Shown here in pieces: positions 55,044 to 63,307 of a stretch of DNA of 64,000 nucleotides. The stretch is from a bacterium. Lineage in GTDB: Bacteria; Patescibacteriota; Minisyncoccia; Phycocordibacterales; UBA6899. The stretch is taken from positions 30,703 to 94,702 of the forward strand of contig JAYUQG010000030.1 in assembly GCA_043756865.1 (NCBI GenBank), written 5' to 3'. Below the pieces are notes generated by a model, which saw only the letters and a list, made by a program, of their open reading frames with translations, ran no database searches and was not told the origin of the DNA. The position numbers and the translations under genes were made by a program. The stretch's first letter is position 1. Each line of letters starts with the position of its first letter.

Positions 55044-57422
55044 TTACGACGGGGTTTTGTCGTACAGGTATGGCTGGAAGTCTACGAATGCTCGGCTGAT
55101 CTCTTCAGGATCACCGAGATCGGCTACGGCATCAGAAATTGAATTGTTGTATTTGAGACGAAGCAACGGATTAAGCTGTTCTTGACTAAGCTCCTCCACA
55201 CCCACAGTCACATAGTGAGAAAGCACGAAATCAAGAAATGCTTGCTGCTGTGTCTTTAAGTGCGATGTGATGTGCAATCTTGCCTTCGCCGCACGTTCTT
55301 CTCGCGTCATTGGTGGGATTGCATATGCCACGTTAGCAAGCACATCAAAGATGTCACTCTTCTCTGCCTCAATAATCTTTTGCATCTCGGCAAGTTGGTC
55401 ACGACCAAATCCCTTCTCGGCTAGTCCTGCCAAGAGTTTCGCTCGGGTATCCGGTGCACTCCAAATAGTGCGGAGTTCATCTTCGTTCTTGAAGAAATCA
55501 GGTAGCTTACCAAATAGCATTTCCATGAACTGTTGTGCAGACATGGGCTTGCCGTCCGGATGCCAGAACGTTGTCATCATCATGTGTTGAATAGCGCGCT
55601 CTTTCCCGTCGGCAAGTTTCACCTTGATCTTCGACTTCTTGTTGCACACACACGGATCTTGTCCGCACACTGGGCATGCTTCCTTCGGGCATTCACAAGG
55701 AGTTTTGCCACACTTAGTACATGGTTTGGGCGGAGGAACTTTACACACGCATGGTTTCTGCCCGCACTTCTTGCATTGCTCGTCTTCCTCTGGAGGACCA
55801 TCCCATGCAGGGTCGTTGAAATGATGGTATGCCTTCACAAAGTCGTAGATGGTGAAATAATCCTTGCCGTCAAAGAGACGTGTGCCACGTCCAATGATCT
55901 GCTTGAACTCGATCATAGAATTAATGGGGCGCATCAGCACGATGTTGCGAATGTTTCGTGCATCAACACCAGTCGAAAGTTTTTGCGAAGTGGTGAGAAT
56001 GGTGGGAATGGACATTTCATTGTCCTGAAAATCGCGCAAGTGCTGGTCGCCAATTGCTCCATCATTGGCAGTAACACGCTGACAATAATTCGGGTCAGTA
56101 CTTGTCTTCACCTGATTGATGAAGTCGCGAACCAAAAGTGCGTGTGCTTGGTTTGCACAAAATACGAGCGTCTTCTCGTTCTGGTTGATTTGGTTCATGA
56201 ATACCTTCACGCGATGCATTTCACGCTCACGAATCACAATGAGTCTATTAAACTCTGCTTCCTCGTAGCGTTTCCCTGCTTCAATATCTCCCTCCACAAC
56301 TGTGTCATCGGGCGTATAGACGTACTCATCCATCGTCGTTGAGATCTGCTTCACTTTGAATGGGGTGAGAAATCCATCATTGATCCCCTCCTTTAGTGAG
56401 TATACATAGACTGGCTCACCAAAATAGGCATACGTGTCTACGTTGTCTTTGCGCTTTGGTGTTGCAGTGAGTCCGAGCTGCACAGCGGGCTCAAAATACT
56501 CAAGAATTGCACGCCAATTGCTCTCGTCCTTCGCGCCACCACGATGACATTCGTCGATGATGATGAAATCAAAGAAATCCTTGGGGTATTCACCAAAGTA
56601 TGGAGTATCCCCCGGACCACTCAAGAAGGTCTGAAATATGGTAAAGAAGATGCTCCCGTTTGTCGGCACTCTCCCCTTTTGTCGTATTGAGCTGGGGTCA
56701 ATGCGCACGAGTGCATCTTCGGGAAAAGCAGAGAAAGCGTTATATGCCTGATTGGCGAGAATGTTTCTGTCTGCAAGAAAAAGAATGCGGGACTGACGCG
56801 TTGCTTCACGACTCAGATTCCATCGACTCTTAAACAACTTCCATGCAATCTGGAAAGCAATGAAGGTCTTCCCTGTTCCTGTCGCAAGCGTGAGCAACAC
56901 GCGCTGCTTGCTGTCCGCTATGGCATCTAAGGTCTTCTCGACAGCAATATCTTGATAGTAGCGGGCGGGATGACTGCCACCTTTGTCTTCAAACGGAATG
57001 GCGGCAAATTGGTCTCTCCATGTATTTTGCTCAGAGAAGGTCTGATTCCAGAGCTCTTCAGGGGTTGGATATTGTGCAATTTCTCCCTCTGTGACCTCTC
57101 CCGCCATATCAATCGCATAGATACCCTTTCCGTTCGTTGCATAGGTATACCGAATGGCCATCTTTTCTGCGTAGCTCTTTGCTTGCCCTACTCCCTCGGT
57201 CAGTTCTTCGTCCCACGCCTTGGCCTCCACGACCGCGAGCTTATGATTGCGATAGACCAAAACATAATCAGCGATTTGTGGTTTTGCTCGACGACCTTGT
57301 CCTTCAAGGCGACCCTGTGTGATGTGATACTCGCGCAAGATACGACTGCCATCAACAACACCCCAGCCTGCCGCCTTCAGTGCTGGATCAATGTGCTCTG
57401 CTCGTGTTTCTGCTTCATTCAT
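55044..57422 (-). CDS. hsdR: type I restriction enzyme R subunit HsdR, with an inserted triple Cys-rich repeat
   Basis: N-terminal HSDR_N (MNEAETRAEHIDPALKAAGW), helicase motifs I (LTLATGTGKT) and II DECHRG, motifs III-VI, and a unique insert CKKCGQKPCVC...CTKCGKTPCEC...CPVCGQDPCVC. Confidence 0.9.
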   Translation of the reverse strand: MNEAETRAEHIDPALKAAGWGVVDGSRILREYHITQGRLEGQGRRAKPQIADYVLVYRNHKLAVVEAKAWDEELTEGVGQAKSYAEKMAIRYTYATNGKGIYAIDMAGEVTEGEIAQYPTPEELWNQTFSEQNTWRDQFAAIPFEDKGGSHPARYYQDIAVEKTLDAIADSKQRVLLTLATGTGKTFIAFQIAWKLFKSRWNLSREATRQSRILFLADRNILANQAYNAFSAFPEDALVRIDPSSIRQKGRVPTNGSIFFTIFQTFLSGPGDTPYFGEYPKDFFDFIIIDECHRGGAKDESNWRAILEYFEPAVQLGLTATPKRKDNVDTYAYFGEPVYVYSLKEGINDGFLTPFKVKQISTTMDEYVYTPDDTVVEGDIEAGKRYEEAEFNRLIVIREREMHRVKVFMNQINQNEKTLVFCANQAHALLVRDFINQVKTSTDPNYCQRVTANDGAIGDQHLRDFQDNEMSIPTILTTSQKLSTGVDARNIRNIVLMRPINSMIEFKQIIGRGTRLFDGKDYFTIYDFVKAYHHFNDPAWDGPPEEDEQCKKCGQKPCVCKVPPPKPCTKCGKTPCECPKEACPVCGQDPCVCNKKSKIKVKLADGKERAIQHMMMTTFWHPDGKPMSAQQFMEMLFGKLPDFFKNEDELRTIWSAPDTRAKLLAGLAEKGFGRDQLAEMQKIIEAEKSDIFDVLANVAYAIPPMTREERAAKARLHITSHLKTQQQAFLDFVLSHYVTVGVEELSQEQLNPLLRLKYNNSISDAVADLGDPEEISRAFVDFQPYLYDKTPS

Positions 57423-58075
57423 GATCTTCGTTTCTTTACTGGATACTGTTTCACTGAAACTCCGTCGTACCGCTCCTTGAGCCCCTGATAAATGAGACCA
57501 ACCAGTGGCTTGTAGTCATTAGCGGAATCGATCTGCGCGAGCGCCTGACGATAACGATTCTTGTTTTCTTGCTCTACTTTTATGGAGATACCGATCAGTC
57601 CATAGCGCTCCAAGATCAAGTTTGCTGCTAGGCGTGCAGTGCGTCCATTGCCATCTCGGAATGGATGCACACAGGTAATAGTGTAGTGCACCCAAGCCGC
57701 AAGCTGAATAACCTGCTCAACCATCTTGTGTACTTTCTGTGTATTTCCATTTCTCCCCTTGATGACCCCTTCGGCCTTTTCTATCGCTTGGAGTTTTTGC
57801 GCTAATTCTGCTGCTCGTTCCTCCATGAGGAAAGGCACTCTCGAGTGATGCGGTGGGATGTGCTTGGAATTCGTGATCTCTAGGTTTTCTGTACGATACT
57901 TTCCCGCGATCTCAGTCCACGCATCCCTAAATATTTCCTTGTGAATCTCTTTGATAGTTTCGACGGAAATCGGCTTATGCAACTGAGCAAACTTACGCAC
58001 AAAACGAGAGGCTCGAATGACTCCGATTGCCTCTCGTTTTTGCAGCTCCTCCTCAGTGCGTGGTCGCTCAGCCAT
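57419..58075 (-). CDS. Fic-family protein (AMPylation/Doc-like toxin domain)
   Basis: Fic motif HPFRDGNGRTARL; 218 aa; sits between hsdS and hsdR. Confidence 0.85.
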   Translation of the reverse strand: MAERPRTEEELQKREAIGVIRASRFVRKFAQLHKPISVETIKEIHKEIFRDAWTEIAGKYRTENLEITNSKHIPPHHSRVPFLMEERAAELAQKLQAIEKAEGVIKGRNGNTQKVHKMVEQVIQLAAWVHYTITCVHPFRDGNGRTARLAANLILERYGLIGISIKVEQENKNRYRQALAQIDSANDYKPLVGLIYQGLKERYDGVSVKQYPVKKRRS

Positions 58076-58082
58076 GGAATGA

Positions 58083-58277
58083 CTAGGCTACCTTTTGTGC
58101 AAGTTTTTCGAATTCTCCGCGATCAAGCTTGCTCCCCTCGAGGGCACTGGAATAATAGGCGTGTTCAATATCCCAACCCTTCTCAAGGGCGGACTTCTCT
58201 TTCGGCGTGAGCTTCGAAATCTGCTTCTCTGCTTGTTTCTTACTCGCCATGAGGTGTACGAGCTGTAGATTCTTCAT
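58083..58277 (-). CDS. small ORF carrying the Fic inhibitory alpha-inh motif (VbhA-like antitoxin, or split N-terminus of a class II Fic)
   Basis: 64 aa with the S/T-x-x-x-E-G/N motif SSALEGS. The stop is 7 nt before the fic ATG, in a different frame. Confidence 0.45.
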   Translation of the reverse strand: MKNLQLVHLMASKKQAEKQISKLTPKEKSALEKGWDIEHAYYSSALEGSKLDRGEFEKLAQKVA

Positions 58278-58357
58278 ATATCGACTATACCGACTAATGG
58301 GTAATTTGACAAGTTCTCTTGAAATGGCCTTCTTTGCATAGGGCTCATCTCATTATA

Positions 58358-59548
58358 TTACAATTTCCCTGTGAAGGCCTGATGGAGAAGCGACTTCTTC
58401 AGCGCCTTCAGCGCGTCGAGTTTGCGTTTGTAGATGGATTCGAGGTGTTGGGTTTCGGATTCGAGTTTCCTGATTATTGTTACGACTCTTTCTTGTTCAG
58501 TATGAGATGGGAGAGCAATTGGGTAAGGTTCGAGAGTTTCTTTGGTCACCCCGATCTGACCTGCCGCTCGCTCAGAATGGTAAATAATGTATTCGAGGAT
58601 TGTGGAGTGCTTCAGGAAGTAAAAAAGGAAGTCGCGGGAGATTTTTGATTCATCTGGCACTGCTTTCATCAATGCGACGTTATAAGCCCCTTCTAGTCCA
58701 CGGAGGATTTGAAAAAGTGGGGGGCCGTAGCGTCCAATCATTACGTCATCAGCGTTGCAGAATCGTCTTGCCTGAGCGCGCGGAATGTAAACGACATGGT
58801 TGTCGCTCTTGTAGTCACGAATCTGAATGAGGCGGATGTTATCTTCCTGCTTGGTTTTCGAGAATACCAGCTTCGGTGGCTGTGAGCCACCGATAAACTC
58901 ACAAACTTCTCCCAGGGATGACTCCGCCCACCCCGGGCCGCGCTGTGTGAAGACAGATTGGAGGTGGCTTTCAAAGAGGGCGCGTGCGTTTTGCAGGTTT
59001 TTCTCGGCATTGGCTTTTGCTGTGGCGATGCCCTTAAACGCTTCGTCGAGCAGACCAACGATCCGCTGCTGTTCGTCCAGCGGTGGGACGGGAATAGTGT
59101 AATCCTCGATGAAATCCTTGGACACTCGCTTGTGCCCGACTGCGCCTGTCATCCGCGCCGAACCTTCGACCCGAAATGTTTCACGAGAAAGGAAGTAGTA
59201 GAGCCATTCCTTGCTGACTGTTGGGTCGGGGCGAAACACATAGTATTCGCTCGAACCGAAGCCGATTCCGTTCTTCAGCCCATCTGCGATTCCAAGTTTC
59301 CCGTTTTCAAAGCAAGGCGTGATTTTCGCGAGAAGAACATCACCATCGGCGAAGTAAGTGTAGCTTCCGACGACTGCGGACAGCGGCTTCGTTTGAGTCG
59401 CCTGCACGAACTTCACGTCAATACCCATGTCCTCCATCGGCAGGAACGAGACCAGCGAAGAAGATGAAACCTTTTCACGTGCTTCGCTTTTCGGGGGCTT
59501 TATCTGGCACACCTCCGCGAGCGCCTTTGTATGCCACCCCTTCTTCAT
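58358..59548 (-). CDS. hsdS: type I restriction-modification specificity subunit HsdS
   Basis: Start MKKGWHTKALAEV overlaps the hsdM stop by 4 bp (ATGA). Two target-recognition domains are separated and followed by the conserved LPPL.EQ..I and coiled-coil repeats. Confidence 0.85.
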   Translation of the reverse strand: MKKGWHTKALAEVCQIKPPKSEAREKVSSSSLVSFLPMEDMGIDVKFVQATQTKPLSAVVGSYTYFADGDVLLAKITPCFENGKLGIADGLKNGIGFGSSEYYVFRPDPTVSKEWLYYFLSRETFRVEGSARMTGAVGHKRVSKDFIEDYTIPVPPLDEQQRIVGLLDEAFKGIATAKANAEKNLQNARALFESHLQSVFTQRGPGWAESSLGEVCEFIGGSQPPKLVFSKTKQEDNIRLIQIRDYKSDNHVVYIPRAQARRFCNADDVMIGRYGPPLFQILRGLEGAYNVALMKAVPDESKISRDFLFYFLKHSTILEYIIYHSERAAGQIGVTKETLEPYPIALPSHTEQERVVTIIRKLESETQHLESIYKRKLDALKALKKSLLHQAFTGKL

Positions 59549-61002
59549 AGCAGCGCTTTGATATTCTCCAGCACTTCTGCGCTCTCGGCGTCCAGCGCGG
59601 CGATTTCCTTCATAATGTCTTTTGGACTCTTGTGCACGATTTCTTCTCCGCCGTTCGGATTCTTTACGGAGAGATCGAAAGTCTTCTGGTCGATGGTGGA
59701 AATATCTACGGACCACGACTTCAGTGAGTCGGCCTTTGTTTTTTGAAGCTTGATGAACTCTGCAAGATCGGCATCATTCAAGGGATTAGTCTTTCCCATG
59801 TTGCGACCGGGCTCCAGCTGGTAGTACCAGACCTTGCGGGTCTTTGATCCTTTCTCGAAGAAGAGCACGACCGTCTTCACTCCCGCACCCTGGAATGTAC
59901 CACTCGGCATATCGAGCACAGTATGGAGGTTGCAACTCTCCAAAAGGAGCTTCCGCAAGCTGACTGAGGCATTGTCTGTGTTTGAGAGGAACGTGTTCTT
60001 GATGACCACGCCACCGCGTCCCCCCGCTTTGAGCATCTTGATGAAATGCTGAAGGAAAAGAAACGCAGTCTCGCCGGTACGAATAGGAAAATTTTGCTGC
60101 ACTTCTGGTCGCTCTTTCCCACCAAATGGCGGATTGGCGAGGACTACTTCATAGCGATCCTTTTCTTGAATGTCAGCAAGGTTTTCAGTAAGCGTGTTGG
60201 TGTGGATGATGTTGGGCGCTTCTATACCATGGAGGATCATATTCATGATTGCAATCACGTAGGCGAGGGACTTCTTTTCCTTGCCGTAAAACGTGCCCTC
60301 CTGCAGTTTTTTGTCTTGCGCAACGGTACGCTTGGGATTCATTTCCTGTAGATAGTCGTACGCCTCACAAAGGAAGCCCGCGGAGCCAACTGCAGCGTCG
60401 TAAACACGCTCACCGAGCTTGGGTGCAGTCACCGCCACCATGGCGCGAATGAGTGGGCGTGGCGTGTAATACTCGCCACCGTTTCTGCCAGCATTCCCCA
60501 TGTTCTTGATCTTGGTTTCGTAGAGGTGTGAGAGCTCGTGCTTCTCAGTCTGGGAACGAAATCGGAGTTCATCGATATGGTCGATGACTTCGCGGAGATT
60601 ATACCCACTCTGCATGCGGTTTTTTATCTCGCCGAAAATCTCACCGATCTTGTATTCGATGGTGTTCGGACCGCTCGCCTTTTGCTTGAAAGCGTGGAGA
60701 TACGGGAAAAGCTTTTGATTCACAAACGCGAGCAAATCCTCGCCTTTCATTGAGGTGTTATGGTCGAGCTTTCCATCATTTCCCCGCGGAGCTGCCCACG
60801 TGCCCCAACGATATTCTGGATCGAGGATGTAGGAGTATTTCTTGCCGTCTACCTTGGCCTCCATGGCCTTGTCGTGCTCCAGATCGTCGAGGTATTTTAG
60901 GAAGAGGAGCCAAGAAGTCTGCTCGGTATAGTCGAGTTCGCTCGATGATCCGGCATCCTTATGCAGTATGTCGTCGATATTCTTGAAAGTTTGCTCAAAC
61001 AT
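59545..61002 (-). CDS. hsdM: type I restriction-modification N6-adenine DNA methyltransferase HsdM
   Basis: N-terminal HsdM_N region, an AdoMet motif and the catalytic NPPFGG. Confidence 0.9.
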   Translation of the reverse strand: MFEQTFKNIDDILHKDAGSSSELDYTEQTSWLLFLKYLDDLEHDKAMEAKVDGKKYSYILDPEYRWGTWAAPRGNDGKLDHNTSMKGEDLLAFVNQKLFPYLHAFKQKASGPNTIEYKIGEIFGEIKNRMQSGYNLREVIDHIDELRFRSQTEKHELSHLYETKIKNMGNAGRNGGEYYTPRPLIRAMVAVTAPKLGERVYDAAVGSAGFLCEAYDYLQEMNPKRTVAQDKKLQEGTFYGKEKKSLAYVIAIMNMILHGIEAPNIIHTNTLTENLADIQEKDRYEVVLANPPFGGKERPEVQQNFPIRTGETAFLFLQHFIKMLKAGGRGGVVIKNTFLSNTDNASVSLRKLLLESCNLHTVLDMPSGTFQGAGVKTVVLFFEKGSKTRKVWYYQLEPGRNMGKTNPLNDADLAEFIKLQKTKADSLKSWSVDISTIDQKTFDLSVKNPNGGEEIVHKSPKDIMKEIAALDAESAEVLENIKALL

Positions 61003-61257
61003 AATTGGCTAAGTATCTATTGAGCAAGCATAAGCTTTTTACCCCTCTTTTACAATCAGTAATGCTTGCGCCTAGTTAAAGGAGGCTTTAACAGAAGGCG
61101 TGAGCAAATTGCATATCTTATTATGCGACGCAATTAAAAGAATAACTGACTTATGCCCGCTCACATGCAACCTAACAAATTTTAGTAGTTACAAAGGTAT
61201 GTTAAATTTACTAAATTTACTTAAAGCTACAGAGATTTATCTAGACCTTGTCCTGTT

Positions 61258-61842
61258 TCAGTATTGCTGAGCAACAACAAAGTCGTACAATTCTTTAAAT
61301 GACGGGCATCTAGTCTTAAGTACGTCCAAGGATACGTGGGCAGCGATGATGCTGTTGTGGGTAGTGTTTAAATACCTTTTTTCTTTGTTAGAACATAAAA
61401 AAACCAAATCTCTCAGCTTCTGAGAAAGTATGTTTTCTGGCAAACCCTTTGTTTTGGGTAGTTTTTTTAGATTTAATGCTCTTTTGATACCCGATGGATC
61501 ACTCAAAAACCAAGCCTCAATTTCTTCTGTTGGTATACAAATTAGGTATTTTGGGAATGGATTTGCTTTTAAAATAGAGCTGAGCTCAAGCCTGAGACTT
61601 TTTAAGTCGCTTCTGTCGCGGTCATGAACTAAAATGAGAATATCACAGCCCCTACTTTTAAGATTAAGTGCATAATCTCCAGCCTTTCTGCGCAACTTGG
61701 CGCAGCCACCCGCAATTGACTGCTTAAAAGCAATATTCTGTTTCGTAGTAATTCGCCTAATTATTATTTTTGTCGACTCAAAATCACTCAAATCTTCAGC
61801 AATGATTCCGATGCATTTAACTTTACTCATATGCAAATCCAC
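61258..61842 (-). CDS. small TOPRIM-like (DUF4276-like) protein, predicted nuclease partner of the upstream ATPase
   Basis: 194 aa. A conserved Glu in IGIIAEDLSD and a DxD in ILILVHDRD match TOPRIM/OLD-type catalytic residues. Overlaps the ATPase gene by 20 bp and is AT-rich. Confidence 0.55.
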   Translation of the reverse strand: MDLHMSKVKCIGIIAEDLSDFESTKIIIRRITTKQNIAFKQSIAGGCAKLRRKAGDYALNLKSRGCDILILVHDRDRSDLKSLRLELSSILKANPFPKYLICIPTEEIEAWFLSDPSGIKRALNLKKLPKTKGLPENILSQKLRDLVFLCSNKEKRYLNTTHNSIIAAHVSLDVLKTRCPSFKELYDFVVAQQY

Positions 61843-63040
61843 TTTCCTTCCAATATTCCCCCAAATTACCAGATTTTTCTAAATATTCACGAAGTGCTCT
61901 AAAGTCATTTTTTGACAACGACTGAGTCAGGGATTTAACTTGAGTACCCTTTCCTTTCTGTTTATTCACCAATAAAACATTTTCAGGCTTAAGCATATCC
62001 AACACATAATCTGAATGTGTACTTAAGATAATTTGCTTGTGTGCCGACTCTTGTTTAATTAATTCAATTACGCTACTCAGTAATCCGTGATGAACACAGA
62101 CCTCAGGTTCTTCAATTAGTAGCAGATTACTTTGATCATTTAGTATATAAAATATAAGTGCAAGTGTCTTAAAAGTACCCTCGGAAAGCTGATTTAGCGA
62201 CAAGGAGAGGCCGTCGATCTTGATTGTCGGAATAACAATGTGTTTACTCCTCTCGATAATTTTTACTTTGCCACCAGACTTAACTTCATGCGAATTACTT
62301 GGCAATTCATGCTCGATAAAATCGAGTTCTTCAATAAGCCCAATTCCATTTTTCCCAACTGTATTCACGTATTGCCTAAATTTACCGGCGTTGTTCTTCT
62401 TTATGGTATATAAATCAAAGATAAATTTATCGTGAGTTCTTTCTGACCTAATATTTCTAAAATGCGACCCCGAATTCTCTGATTCAATTTCAATTGAAAC
62501 TGGACATCTGCTCGGGTCTGAAAACTGTGTTGCACCATAATAGCTTATGTTTAATAGGTATTTCAATATTTCAAATGCCGTACCTCGATCAGGGTCGTTT
62601 TTGCCCTGTTTAATGAAATAGCCACGACTAGTTAATCCACTCTTGTGTCGAAACGGAAAATTTTGCATCTCGGGCGGGATTTCTTTCCACTTAGATTTGA
62701 CGCCAGTTTTTCGATAATTAATTTGAATTGAATAGATTTGATCTCGACTACTTTCATCTGGATCATAAAAGATAGTCGCTTTTACATCTAGTAATACTTT
62801 ATTTATTTCTAACTTAAGATTTATTGTAGCTTTTGAAAAAGAAAGCCTTCGCGCAACTTGCATTATGTTCCTGCCAAATCTGGACCTGGGTAAATTTTGA
62901 AAAAGGAGGAAACTATTTAATATATTGCTCTTACCTGCACCGTTAGTTCCTATTAACACCGTGAGATTTTCGCTGATATTTAACTTAGTACTAATACAGG
63001 ATTTATAGTTCGTTATGCTGTATTTTTGTAATTTAATCAT
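61823..63040 (-). CDS. ABC/SMC-like AAA ATPase (AAA_21/AAA_15-type), candidate abortive-infection ATPase
   Basis: Walker A GTNGAGKSN, Walker B LLLIEEPE, a D-loop/H-motif STHSDYVL, and a long helical insert between them. Very AT-rich relative to the neighbours. Confidence 0.75.
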   Translation of the reverse strand: MIKLQKYSITNYKSCISTKLNISENLTVLIGTNGAGKSNILNSFLLFQNLPRSRFGRNIMQVARRLSFSKATINLKLEINKVLLDVKATIFYDPDESSRDQIYSIQINYRKTGVKSKWKEIPPEMQNFPFRHKSGLTSRGYFIKQGKNDPDRGTAFEILKYLLNISYYGATQFSDPSRCPVSIEIESENSGSHFRNIRSERTHDKFIFDLYTIKKNNAGKFRQYVNTVGKNGIGLIEELDFIEHELPSNSHEVKSGGKVKIIERSKHIVIPTIKIDGLSLSLNQLSEGTFKTLALIFYILNDQSNLLLIEEPEVCVHHGLLSSVIELIKQESAHKQIILSTHSDYVLDMLKPENVLLVNKQKGKGTQVKSLTQSLSKNDFRALREYLEKSGNLGEYWKESGFAYE

Positions 63041-63307
63041 TTTTTGATTTTATCATTAAGAATTCATCCTGGCTTTATCCGCTCATACGATAAATGATCT
63101 TGGCGAAAACAAGGTTTGGTTCGGCGCAAAGAATGAGACGTCCTGGTGGAGTTTCCAAAAAACCCAACCTCGCTCGGAGGTTCAGATTTTGGATGCAATC
63201 CGACGGCGGTTTTGCGCAGTGTGTCAGCGGGAATAGTCGGCTATTTCCGCGACACCGAGCACAAAACCAGCTAGGAGTGCGCCAAAATTGGACGTCCCTC
63301 CAACCAA

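Noticed and set aside
63094-63307. Possible tmRNA or other ncRNA in the 267-bp spacer upstream of the ATPase gene (tggtggag at 63138 resembles the reverse complement of CTCCACCA)
   Set aside because: The adjacent sequence lacks a GGTTCGANTCC T-arm and acceptor-stem complementarity, and no tag reading frame was found. It is more likely the promoter/5'UTR region of the AT-rich defense module. The overlapping 75-aa plus-strand ORF 63094..63321 is considered spurious.
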